DNA of 64,000 nt from NCBI RefSeq assembly GCF_006345805.1, contig NC_042998.1, positions 143,220,001 through 143,284,000 on the forward strand, in the 5' to 3' direction. A program made the translations under genes and the position numbers. Shown piece after piece: positions 13,441 to 25,261 of this stretch (positions are counted from its first letter, which is position 1; every line of letters begins with the position of its first letter). Source of the stretch: Octopus sinensis (taxonomy: Eukaryota). Under the pieces are notes generated by a model. The model was given only the letters and a program-made list of their open reading frames with translations. It was not told the origin of the DNA and ran no database searches.

Positions 13441-13849
13441 TACCTCTCTGTACTCGGTTAACGCTTCATTCAAAGGCATACGTGTATTGAGTTCTATGCC
13501 AGGTTATTAGTCTCACAATGCCTAAGCGAAATATTCGTGCTTCGATATATTTAAGAAACAATGAACAAAAAACATTCACTGGTATTGAGGAAGCTTGCCG
13601 GGCTGTAGGAAAACTCGGTATACTCAATTGAAACAATATTATTTAAGCTATCAAATTTTTACTGTCATAAAAAATAATCCGAAGACATACTTGCTCTTCC
13701 CTTACGTAAGGCCACTTTTACCTGTTGATTTTTCTAGCGTAAGCAACGTGGAGTCATTTGCTTATTCTCATAAATACAAACCTCATCTTGGCAGACGTTC
13801 ACAAAATCATCTATGAAAAAGAATAGAAGCATACAAAGTACTAACCCTT

Positions 13850-14100
13850 ATGGTTGATGCTTTAATGGATGACATAAAAGTATTAACTTGAAAGAATGAT
13901 ATTTTAGGCTTCCCCTTATGAAGATAGCTTTGGCACCTTAAAATAACGTAGCAGTTTTCCACCTATCCACTTTGGTTTCAGACTATTGTGTCGGGCTCTG
14001 TCAAAGGCTCCTTTTATGTCCAGGGATATCATAAACCTCCCAAATTTATGTCCACGTATTTATTTCACCTGAGAAAGGATATTGGTCGTCTATATATTGT
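13850..14100 (-). pseudogene. Decayed non-LTR reverse transcriptase fragment
   Basis: Minus-strand frame FMISLDIKGAFDRARHNSL matches the RT motif LD..KAFD.V.H. Confidence 0.65.
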
Positions 14101-15445
14101 TTGATCAGAATCTGATCTACATGCTCCTAAGGAACTATTTCTGTGCCCCCAATAGATAAGCCTTTCAGTTGACTGACAGTTGATTCTATTTCTGTATTGA
14201 TAATGATAAGTAATGATGCGAGCCGAATATTCTTACATACATAGAGATGTTACATAAATAAGTCTTATACCATTTACGTATAAAATTGCTCACATTACGA
14301 TGGAGTCAACAGCAAAATCGCTAACGCTAGCATCAAGTTCGGTACACTTCCTAATGGAGTCTGAGATAGAAAGGGTCTAAAACTCTAAAGCATGTTGAAG
14401 GTCCACGAAGCCATTGTTCTACCAACTTTGTTACGTGCCAATGAGACGCGAACTGTTTACAGTAGGGATACTACAAAATTTAGGTAGATTCGCCGGAACT
14501 ACCAATGTAAAATCTTGCACATTCGTTGGCAGAACAGAGTTTCAGAGATTGTTACTGAAATCCTCAATTGCTCGATGTCGCCCAGCATCTATTCGCCTTC
14601 GCAGGGTCCAGCTGCCCTAGTAAAACCACATTGCTAGAATAAATGACGAACGTTTTCCATCTTTTTTACAACAGGTTGATTCGAAGGAAAGGATCATATA
14701 AGCTGAGTAAAAGAGTGAAGTTACATACACACACACAAATATATACAAATATACGTATCTACCTGTGCCCCTTCTTCTCTTCCTAACTCCTCTCCATAGA
14801 ACCGCCTTCCCATCCGGCCCCTAAACAATATTCTTCTTCTTTCTTGGTTCTTGTGTTTTACTCGTTTTTCCACATTCATATGGTGGCTGCCCCTCGTTAT
14901 CGAGTATGGCCATTGCACGAAGCTTAATCAAAGTTGTTATCGTGCAATGCCTGTGCAAGAAGATTTTTTTTTAAAGTGAGGAAAGGCTGTGCACTGAGTC
15001 AATCCCACTCACTAAGCAACAGCAGCCATAATCCGAAAAGAAGAACAAGTCAACATCATGGGTAATCACTGAGCCGCAGGTTTTATGTCGGAGTTATCCC
15101 AGTAACCTGAGTTACCATCTCCTAGAAGGATGCCTTAACAAAGGCTAGGAGTCCTTCACTCCCAATGGTTTAATCGCGCGATCGGGTATTCAGTCCGATT
15201 ATTTCTATGTCCCCGCGCATGATACAGCCTTAAGACATTTATTGGATGGCCGTTGACTTTCAAGAGTTCCTCCGCCCTTTGACGGATTTCGTTTTTCATC
15301 CCGCAGAGTGACCAATAAACACCCTCCTCACCAAGTAAGCTTGGTGGGGTTGCCGGTTTAGTCGCCAACGACCCGACCATGCAACAGGTTGTAATGGGTT
15401 ACATGTTACCAGTAGCACATTCATATACATACATACATACATACA

Positions 15446-15479
<34 letters not shown>

Positions 15480-15514
15480 CATACACACACACATACATAC
15501 ATATGCATACACAC

Positions 15515-15558
<44 letters not shown>

Positions 15559-16099
15559 AAATTGAGGGAATGGAGCCGGTAAAATCCGGGCTACATATGT
15601 TTCCTAGCTAGCAGAACCTTGGAAGTAATAATTATTCAACGAGGGGTACATCACTAGCAAACCCTAGTTACTCTACCAAAGAAAAAAAAGCATTTTTCAG
15701 CTTATCGAATTTTGATGTGGAAAAAATCTACGCCAGTAAACTATTATTGTTTCTGAAAGTGTTTTTACCTACCACGGACTGCTCGATGCTTACTAACGTC
15801 CTACGGCTAGATCCCTGGATCATACAATTACATATACACTCATACATACCTACCTACATACATACCCCACACACACACACATAATTATAATAGAATTATA
15901 ATAGAATATTTTTGTTGTTTTTGTAAAATCTCAGAAAATAATTAAAAATTCACATTTTTTATCAAATTATTTTGTTATATTTGTCTATCTATCCAACTGT
16001 ATTATACATGAAGCACCAGCTTGCTAGAAAGGAGAGTCAAAATCCTCAATTTGTCCACCAATCTCACTGAAAATATTCAACGGACCAACAAATTTAGAT

Positions 16100-16116
16100 T
16101 TACTGCAAATAATAAA

Positions 16117-16182
<66 letters not shown>

Positions 16183-16184
16183 AA

Positions 16185-16215
<31 letters not shown>

Positions 16216-16262
16216 AAGAAGAAGAAGAAGAAGAAGAAGAAGAAGAAGAAGAAGAAGAAGAC
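16100..16262. repeat. Compound (AAT)n-(AAG)n microsatellite
   Basis: Direct reading; it explains the poly-N/K/S/Y/L/I ORFs. Confidence 0.98.
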
Positions 16263-16329
16263 TGGTGATGATGATGATGATTTGCTTTATTTGCCACCAG
16301 GGTGAAGGTGAGGGGGTCAATACAAAGAC

Positions 16330-17380
16330 AGACATAAAGTGTGTGGGTTTACATATAAAGGAATGATAAAATAAAAAGTATACACGGTATACATTAGAAG
16401 ATGGGAAGTATACAGAGTAAATGACACGAGAAAAAAGAGGGCAAAAATGTGATAATGATGGGATCCCCTTGATTCAGGAGGACCTCAAGCGATAATCAAG
16501 GAACCCCACCGTCCAAGATTACCCTGAATACCAAGGACGAGTGCCCTCTCCAAATCCCTTTCTTCTGACTCACAGCTCTACACTGAGAGTGGTGCCATCC
16601 ACTCTTGCTATTTTCGCAACTTTCGCCCACCTTTTCATAAATTCACTCGAGAACAGCACCTCCCTCTCCACCCGCATTTTCCTTTTCAAGTGGAACTTGA
16701 AAAAGTCGATGAGGGCTTTGCCAAAGAGGTAAGTTTCTGTCTTCATTCCGTTCAGCCTTGTCCACCTGATAATCTCTTTCGCCACAGCCACCAGACAAAG
16801 GAAGACTGCCTTGCCAGTCCGATTAAAGGAGGGCGGCGGAGCAATCATCATTATGGACTCGGACGATAGACGGATCTGTCCTCCACGCGACAGCAGCTGT
16901 TCGACATAGCTCCACAAGTCAGCAGTGCCCGGACACTGAACGAGTACATGCAGAACGGTTTCGTCGCTCTGCAAGCACCTCCGACAAGACCGTCTGACAG
17001 CACATCCGTGCCTGTAGAGTTTATCTCAAACCAGTAGCGGCCCCCAGTAGCACTGCCAGGCCAAAGACATCTGGAAATTATCCGTAACAGTCTCCGACCG
17101 GGAAGTCCTCCGGAATAGACTTGCCAGTTCGTCTTCGTCGACGCCTAGGGTCTCCCCGAGGACGTCGTCGCACTTTCCTGCAACTAATCTTCTGTAAATA
17201 TCTAAAGTGGAACATCCACCGATCCTACTGCCCGACTTGTAGAGGGCAGTGAGCGCCTGACGACATTTTAAGTGCCAGGCGCTCAGTCTCAACCTATCCT
17301 TTACCCAGGACTGTAGCTCCGCCAAGGAGACGAGCTGCTGAAAGGCGTGTCTCACAAACGTAGCCCACACACGTTCACCT
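16330..17380 (-). mobile_element. 5'-truncated L1/Tx1-like LINE 3' end
   Basis: C-terminal zinc knuckle CRRCLQSDETVLHVLVQC..…LWSYVEQLL, preceded by W+CY..PL.V….Y; frames are broken; the 3' UTR runs into the microsatellite. Confidence 0.75.
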
Positions 17381-17828
17381 TCTAGAAATTGCTACAGGTG
17401 ATGCAACCTGAGTACGTGTCTGCGCATTAAAATCATAATAATAATATCTATATGTATATTCATTTGAATATTTAATCATTTATATATAGAGAGAGATAGA
17501 TAGATAGATAGATAGACACACACACACACACAATATATATATATCAAGTACTGTTTCTCACGTCTTGTACCTATGTGACAAATTTTACATTTCTGTATCT
17601 TACGCCGTTTGTTCCGGCACTTTACGTTTTGAGTTCAATTCGCGCCGAGATCAACTTTACTTTTCATCTTTTTGGTGTCAATAAAATAAAGTACCAGCCA
17701 AGTCCTGGGTCGATAGAATTGACTAAATTGCTGGCCTTATGCCTGTTGCTTAACATAGCTATTTAATAATAGCTGACAAATGTTAGTTTATATGTTGGTT
17801 GCTCACTTTTTCCAGTCATGCTTCAAAC

Positions 17829-18161
17829 CAGTGGTTTTCAACCATTTTTTTACCCCTATTATTTTTGACCCCTTTGATAACTTTTTTTAAAATTCTGGTG
17901 GACCCCTTTCACTATCTGATGCTTATAAACTAGTTTATAGGCACTTCTTTCAAAATTCCTATTTTGTTATTAGCACATTAACTTCTGTTAAGTTGAACTA
18001 TGTAAAATGTTTGAGAAAGAATTTTAACTGTTTCTTCCAATAAATACATCAAAAGCAAATTTTTTTCATGGATCCTTAATATATTACTGTGGATTCCCAA
18101 CTTATTATTTTGCTTGTGTGGACTCCAAAAATCTTATATAGACCCCAGTTGAGAACCACTG
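17829..18161. mobile_element. hAT-type MITE
   Basis: TIRs CAGTGGTTTTCAAC / GTTGAGAACCACTG; degenerate 8-bp TSD CTTCAAAC / TTTTAAAC. Confidence 0.8.
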
Positions 18162-18418
18162 TTTTAAACTGTATAAAGAGAGAGGAAAGAGAGAGAGAGT
18201 AAAGGAGAGATGCACAGACTGTTGTTGTAAGAGATGCAAGATGAGTGCTTGGCGTCAGGCAATGAGTAAAAGAACGCTACACACTCGCGCTGTGAGAGAG
18301 AATCATAGGGACAGAGTATAAGACAGGAGTAAATGACAGAGTAATCATGGGAGGAGTTTTATGAATGAGAAATTTATTTCAAGGTAATAAATACTTTTCT
18401 TTTGAAAATCGGTATCCA

Positions 18419-18800
18419 AGGCGCAGGCGTGGCTGTGTGGTAAAACGTTTGCTTCTCAACAACGCGGCTGGGAAGGTGCATGGCACCTTGAGCAAGTGTC
18501 TTCTACTATAGCCTCGGATCGACCAAAGCCTTGTGAGTGGATTTGGTAAACGGAAACTGAAAGAAGCCTGTTGTATATGTGTGTGTGTACGCGCGCGCGC
18601 GTTTTCGTGTCTGTGTTTATCCCACCACCACCACTTAGCAACCGGTATTGGTGTATTTACGTCCCTGTAACTTAGCGATTCGGGAATAGAAACTGATAGA
18701 ATAAGTACCAGGCTTAAAAAGACTAGGGTCGATTAATTCGACTAAAATTCAAGGCGGCGCCCCAGCATGGTCACAGTCAAATGACTGAAACAAGTAAACG
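18419..18800 (+). mobile_element. tRNA-type SINE
   Basis: AGGCGCAGGCGTGGCTGTGTGGTAA head, internal (TG)n, and CAGCATGGTCACAGTCAAATGACTGAAACAAGTAAA tail. Confidence 0.85.
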
Positions 18801-19409
18801 ATAAAAGATTTCATTATTTTGTATAAGCACCAAAAAATGTGATAAAAGTTAAATCATAACTATTTTATGTATGACATATTTCCTGGTATTATTCATGGCG
18901 GCAAAAAGTATACTTCCAAAATTACCCGTTAATTACCGCATGGAAGTGATATTGGAACTGATACAAGCGGCGCAGAATTTGTAGTAATTCTCCCAACATA
19001 GCAAGTTCGATTCCCTATTAACTCATTCATAGCAGTCATCTTTCTACTCTTGAATTTTAAGTTGATACTGTGACATGAGAGAGAAAGATTCAGTCAGGCT
19101 GACAGGCCTTCTAAATGAATACAAAACCTTTTTAGTATCTCTCCAACTCGATTTTATCGGTACAGGACGTTTTCATTTAATTTCATTTCATATAACGGGT
19201 TGACAGCTTAATTTGTTCGTTTCTTTCCACTGTTAGTTTACACGGAAAACATTTTGATCGTATTATTTGTGTCTCTATTTTTCTTGTACAACCTTTGTTT
19301 ATCGTTTTTGAAATTTGAATAAAATTTTACCCCTGTTCAGGCATATGACGATGAGACAAGAGCGAGACAAGCATAAAATAACGAGCATTTTCGACACCTG
19401 CATCTCTTC

Positions 19410-19670
19410 GTTTTCAATAACTGTTCCAAAGCTGCCAAAGTTGTTCGAGACATTTGTGTTGTGTGCGGAGAGTGTGGTATTACTGAGAGAACTGCACAGA
19501 AATGGTTTTCCCTCTTCAAGGAGGGGAAATTCGATCTCACAGACTTTGCGTTCCAGCTGACCTGTTCAGTACAATGAAAACCCGTGCCAATCCACAAGGA
19601 AACTGGCCCAGCAGATGGGATGCTCTCATGATACCGCCGTCTTGTGCACTTACTCGATGGGTATGAATAA
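19410..19670 (+). pseudogene. Mariner transposase N-terminal (HTH) remnant
   Basis: KAAKVVRDICVVCGECGITERTAQKWFSLFKEGKFDLTD … NPCQSTRKLAQQMGCSHDT matches the mariner/SETMAR HTH region; it contains stops and frameshifts. Confidence 0.8.
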
Positions 19671-20558
19671 AAATAAACAGGGGGAAAAAACGAACAGATT
19701 TATTTAACAACCCAATATAAAAACGAGCGATGGAATTGTAATATCCGTTTTAAGAAGCACGGAAAGGCAAATTTATATTTAAAGAGATCAAATTTAAGGA
19801 AAAGCTATCCTGTCCTTTTGCCATGAGACACGGGGTTCCCAATTCGGAACTATTTATGGATAGAGTGTTGGGAATAGCTATCCCTCGAAGTCCCATAAAG
19901 TTCTATACTTAATGGGAAAGGGAAAAGAGGTACGGAAGTGGATAGGCAAGAATATGCTGGGAGGATGGAAATTTATTGGGGCAAAAATTTTGTCAATATC
20001 TTAATTTTGTTGTATAAAACTAAAGAATATTTCCAAAAATGAGGGAAGCCTACCCTTTTCCCTTTTCAATGAGGTATGGGACGTTGAAAAATAGTTTTTT
20101 TCAAAAACCTCTCTCTTTCCTTTCTCACACACACACACACATATATATATATATACAAATACGTACACATGAACGCAAACATGTATACACACCCACTCCA
20201 TCTACACACACATATATATATACACATATACACACACAAACATATGCATGTATGCAGAAACACTAGAATTCGCAAATTTAAAAGTTCGCTATCATTACTG
20301 AGATTGTATATTATTAAATTTAATTTTTGTTCAACAATTATTTCATATTACTTTTGTTACTTTTCAAACATTATTTTTTTAAAAGGCTAAAAAGCTAAAT
20401 TTAAAATTCAAATATAGCAAGCAAGACAAAATGTATATATACGAATATAAGAGAGAAAATTAAATTAGAGTAGCGGACGATAAGATGACGATGATGATGA
20501 GGGTAATCTATAACACATCTGAATAATAAAACTGACAGGTGAGGTGAAGTCAAAACAA

Positions 20559-20601
<43 letters not shown>

Positions 20602-21429
20602 CGCGTGTAAAAATGGTAGATAAATGTAGGAAGAAGCAGGAGAAAGAAAGAACGAAGGAAGAACAACAACAAAGGTAAAGCGGATGGCGATGACATGATC
20701 ATGATGACGGTGACAATAACGACGATGAAGGGGGGGGGGGGGTAGTAGTAGTAGTAGTAGTAGTAGTAGAGGTGGGGGTGGTGGCGTCGGTTGCTGTGGT
20801 TGTTCATAACAGTGCAACTGCTGGCGTAGTGGTGGTGATGATGGGAGGTTTTGTTATTTTTGTTTTATTCTTAACGTTTGTGTTTGTGGTAGAGGTTTTG
20901 ATGGTGATTGTGGTGGTGATGGTGGTGGTGGTGGTGTGGTGGTGGTGGTGGTGGTGGTGGTGGTGGAGGTAATAGATAAATAAAGAAAAACAAACAAGGA
21001 AGTATTCGGAGGAAACTGCCGATCGTAATCTGACACAACCTTCGTGCTGTGACGTCAAACAACTTTTGCAAAGCATTCTGGGTATACTGAAGTATATGGC
21101 GTTGTTTACGCCTTGTTGTTGTTGTCGTTGGTTGTTGTTGTTTAGCCACAGGACACTACTGATCGAGTAGAATTCTAGATGTTACTCCGTCTTAATTTTT
21201 TTTTCTTTTATAGAAAGGGTGGAGGTTATCGAGATTATTTAATGTGTCGTTCTGGTTTTTTGGTTCGTGTTTTTGTTTTGTTTCTTTTTCTTACAAAGAT
21301 TTGGCTGTTCTTTCTAACAAGTCGAACGATTATTTAGAGGTTTCATCGTTGATATGTACGTTTTATGGGCCTCGTTGATTTTGTTTTATACAGAGAGGGA
21401 GGAGAAAGAGACAGACACAGAGACACAGA

Positions 21430-21432
21430 GAA

Positions 21433-21519
<87 letters not shown>

Positions 21520-21520
21520 T

Positions 21521-21590
<70 letters not shown>

Positions 21591-21600
21591 GGATGGATAA
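21430..21600. repeat. (AGAT)n microsatellite
   Basis: Direct reading. Confidence 0.98.
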
Positions 21601-22202
21601 ATAGATAGATATATGTAAATATATACATATAGGTATATACATTTATATATGGCAATGCTTCGGTATTTGTATATGACGTCAGTTGTGGATGAATGCGGCT
21701 ATGTTTGACTGTTCAGCTCCGTCGAACAGATAAAATACCATGTCACACACTCATTCATGACGTCATAGACTTTTACCAAAAGATTGGCATATATGTATTA
21801 TTTTATTCCATTATTCTTTTACTTGTTTCAGTCATTTTTTACTGTGTACATGCTGGAGCACCACCTATTTAGTCGAAGAAATCGACCCCCGAAATTATTC
21901 TTTGTAGGCTTGGTACTTATTCTATCGGTCTCTTTTATCGAACTGCTAGTATACGGGGACCTAAACATACCAACATCGGTTGTCAAGCGATAGTGGGAGG
22001 ATAAACACAGATGCAGACACACAAATATATACATATATATAAACGACGGGCTTCTTTCAGATTCCGTCTACCAAATTCACTCACAAGGTTTTGGTCGGCC
22101 CGAGGATATAGAAGACACTTTCCCAGGTGTCACGCAGTAGGACTGAACCTGGAACTATGTGGTTGGAAAGCAAACTTCTTTTCACACAGCCACACTGGTG
22201 CC

Positions 22203-22328
<126 letters not shown>

Positions 22329-22415
22329 AAGAATTCACAAAAACAAACAGAAGACGAAGACAGGTGGTGCAGAAAACAAACAGATGTATTAGTATAACGC
22401 TCGGGAATTGAAAAA

Positions 22416-22454
22416 GTTTTTAACGTTTCGAGCCTACGCTCTTCAACAGAAAGG
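22416..22454 (-). ncRNA. Hammerhead-like motif with A6>U core variant (family copy 1)
   Basis: Minus strand CCTTT-CTGTTGA-A-GAGC-GTAG-GCTC-GAAA-CG-TT-AAAA, inside a ~200-bp element between (TA)n tracts. Confidence 0.55.
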
Positions 22455-22685
22455 AATACAGAAAGAAACAAAGAGAGAAAAAATGTGCGTAGTGGCTAGC
22501 GATCTATCATGGCGACACACACACACACCACACACATACATATAATAACTGAAACAAATAAAAGAATAAAATAAATAAAAGTGTGTGCGTGTGTGTGCGT
22601 GCGTGTATTATATATATTATATATATATGTATATATGTACGTATGTATGTATGTATGTATGTATGTATGTATGTATGTATGTATG

Positions 22686-22719
<34 letters not shown>

Positions 22720-22920
22720 TGTATGTGTGTACCATGCTGAACAATTTTAGTCGAACGACTCGTCACCAGTATTTTTTTTAAAAACCTGGTACTTGTTCAA
22801 TCGGCCTCTTTTACTGAACTGCTAGATTACGGGGACGTGAACGCACCAATACCGGTTGTTAGACGGTGATGGGACACAAAAGCACAAAGCCACATACATG
22901 TATGTATGTGTATGTATATA

Positions 22921-23670
22921 CTAGCTGAATAGCCCGTCGTTGCCCGGGCAAATCTTACAATAGAATGTCTTACATAATTTTTTGTTTATTCCATGTCAGA
23001 CCATGCTTTCCCCGACAGATAGGCCTCTTGATCAGGACAGATTTGTGCAATTTATAGCAAAAAAACTTCGTAGAGGATTTTTTTTTTTTACCTTTTTAAA
23101 TTATTTACATGTCTGTTCGACCGTTTCTTATGAGTTTATTCATTAAAACTTATTAAAACTCCAGAAGTTCTTACAACTTTGGTCGTCATAATGCTTTGCT
23201 TTCGTTTGTTTAATAAAAATTCCTTCTCGTAATGATTTTGCTTTCATTTTGTGATAGACAGCTATCATGCAAAAAATACCAACTTCTAAATACTGTTTTC
23301 TGATTAGGTAAAATTTATTAAACTTTAAACCTCAGTAACATTTTTCTGCAATTTTTCAGGAACAAATAAATAATTATTTCAATATATCAAATTTGAAAAT
23401 TTTGACATAATTTTAAAATTTCACAATATGTGACAGCAACAGGAAAGACCTTGCAAAAGTAGAGTTGCAGACATCTATGTAAGTGGTAACAACGAAACTT
23501 GTTTGTGAATAATCTGTATATTTTGTATCTTTTCATTTGTCTTGCTCGCTTACGTCCTGACGTTTGCTAAATTTTCTTGAGAACATTCCTTTCTTAGTGG
23601 TAAGATCGTAGGGATCGACTTCTAGCATAATGGATGGCCACTTAATGGTCATCCCTCTTATATATATGTA
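22921..23670 (-). mobile_element. Non-autonomous Helitron
   Basis: Minus-strand 3' end GCCCGGGCAACGACGGGC-TATTCAG-CTAG|T; the 5' end merges into (TA)n near 23670. Confidence 0.75.
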
Positions 23671-24042
23671 TATATATATATATAATATATATATATATAA
23701 AATCAAAAATAAGCAACAAGAATGAATCCGGTAATTTAGTAAAATTGTTTCATACTACAACATTTTATTAAAAGCAGTAAATATTACAGCAGATTTAATA
23801 TGCCGAGTAATCTTCAGCTAATTTTATATAGGTTTTCCAATAATATAAAGTTCTCAGATCAATTAATAACATCTTAGGGAAGGTAAATATACAGATAAAG
23901 ATGTAGATATGAATCTCAGGAACATGAGGTAGTGTAGTTAGGATACCAACCTGACCAAAACTTTGTTCACAACTGACTGTTGTAAGAAAATTTCCTTAGT
24001 TATAAGAATGAATCTAAATTGTTTGCTGAACTTATATATACA

Positions 24043-24108
<66 letters not shown>

Positions 24109-24317
24109 TATGTGAAATAGAAAGATGAGTAATCTTGTAGTAGATTAATCAAAAGTTTAACCGATACCTTAGTAGCAAAAATCACAGCAGTAAACAGCAC
24201 GGTTGGAGGTACAACCATATGGTGTTGCAACCGTGCGTTGGTGCGGATAATTGAAATTAAAACATTATTGGTGAATTGAAGAAATGGAGCTGAACGCAGA
24301 TTGAACAGAAATCGTTT

Positions 24318-24411
24318 TATTTCATTCTACACGTGTTTCGAAAGGCACAAATTACCAAAATCCGATTGAATAATGGGACCATATTGTGTCTTTCTCTTCA
24401 GGAAGAAAATA
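24318..24411 (-). ncRNA. Type I hammerhead ribozyme in the inverted (left) pseudo-LTR
   Basis: Reverse complement of 27033-27126. Confidence 0.85.
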
Positions 24412-24653
24412 GGAAATCCGTTGGAAAAACAAAAACAGAACAGAGGCGGAGCAAAAACAAATCGAACTATGCTCCTAAGAGCCCATGGCGAAACTGTTTA
24501 TCAGTGTATGTTGAGAACCGGTGGCTGAAGAATTTAACGGGTCAGGCATCGGTCAATCATGTGGGTGAGGGTGTGTGGGTGTTCTTTGTGACCGAGAATA
24601 AAGTTCTGACTATTTAAGGAATATTGGATGTTTTATAAGGGGCGAGAAAAAAT

Positions 24654-25261
24654 CGTTTATTAAGTTTGATAATAAGTTGTGGATCCGTAAAGATACTCCC
24701 AATGAATTTGATGTGCCTATGGGTAGTTCGGATAGTGCGCAGATAGCCGATTTGGTCGGAATATATATTCTCTACGAATTGTCCGACCAATTCCCGGAGA
24801 TCGCGGGCGGCCTGTATCGTGACGATTGTCTGTTTTACCTGCAAAACACCACGAACAGAATAGTGCAGAAAACTAAGAGCAGGTTAGCTAGGTTTTTTAA
24901 TAGAATGGGCATGAGTATAGTTTTTGATAATGAACTCACCAAGGCTAATTTCCTAGACGTTACACTTAACCTTAATAGCGACTCATACTGCCCTTACCAT
25001 AAGCCTTCCACTAATTTGAAGTATGTCAGTGTCTTCTCAAATCATGCCAAAACCGTAACAGACAATTTGGTTAAAAACATCTCTCTAAGATTGTCTGGCT
25101 TGTCCGCCAGTGCCGATATTTTTATGCAGAAAGCGGAATTTTATAACGCCGCACTATCCAAGGCCGGTTATAGGCAGAAGGTAATTTATATTGATCCGGC
25201 CCTTCCGATGCCATCATTCGGTCATCAGGATAGGGCTGTATATAATAACATAACATTTTAA
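24654..25261 (+). CDS. PLE reverse transcriptase, C-terminal half (5'-truncated)
   Basis: SFIKFDNKLWIRK…FDVPMGSSDSAQIADLVGIYIL…GGLYRDDCL…NFLDVTLNL….PYHKP….YV…SNH are PLE RT motifs 3-7 and thumb. Confidence 0.92.

Noticed and set aside
14880-15395. HDV-like ribozyme in a putative RTE-type non-coding remnant
   Set aside because: I could not build the P1/P1.1/P2/P3 double pseudoknot by eye, and the RTE assignment itself is unverified.
24333-24617. Duplicated 94-aa ORF (also 26827-27111)
   Set aside because: It is the antisense reading of the PLE pseudo-LTR/HHR region, duplicated only because of the inverted repeat, and has no protein homology I recognise.
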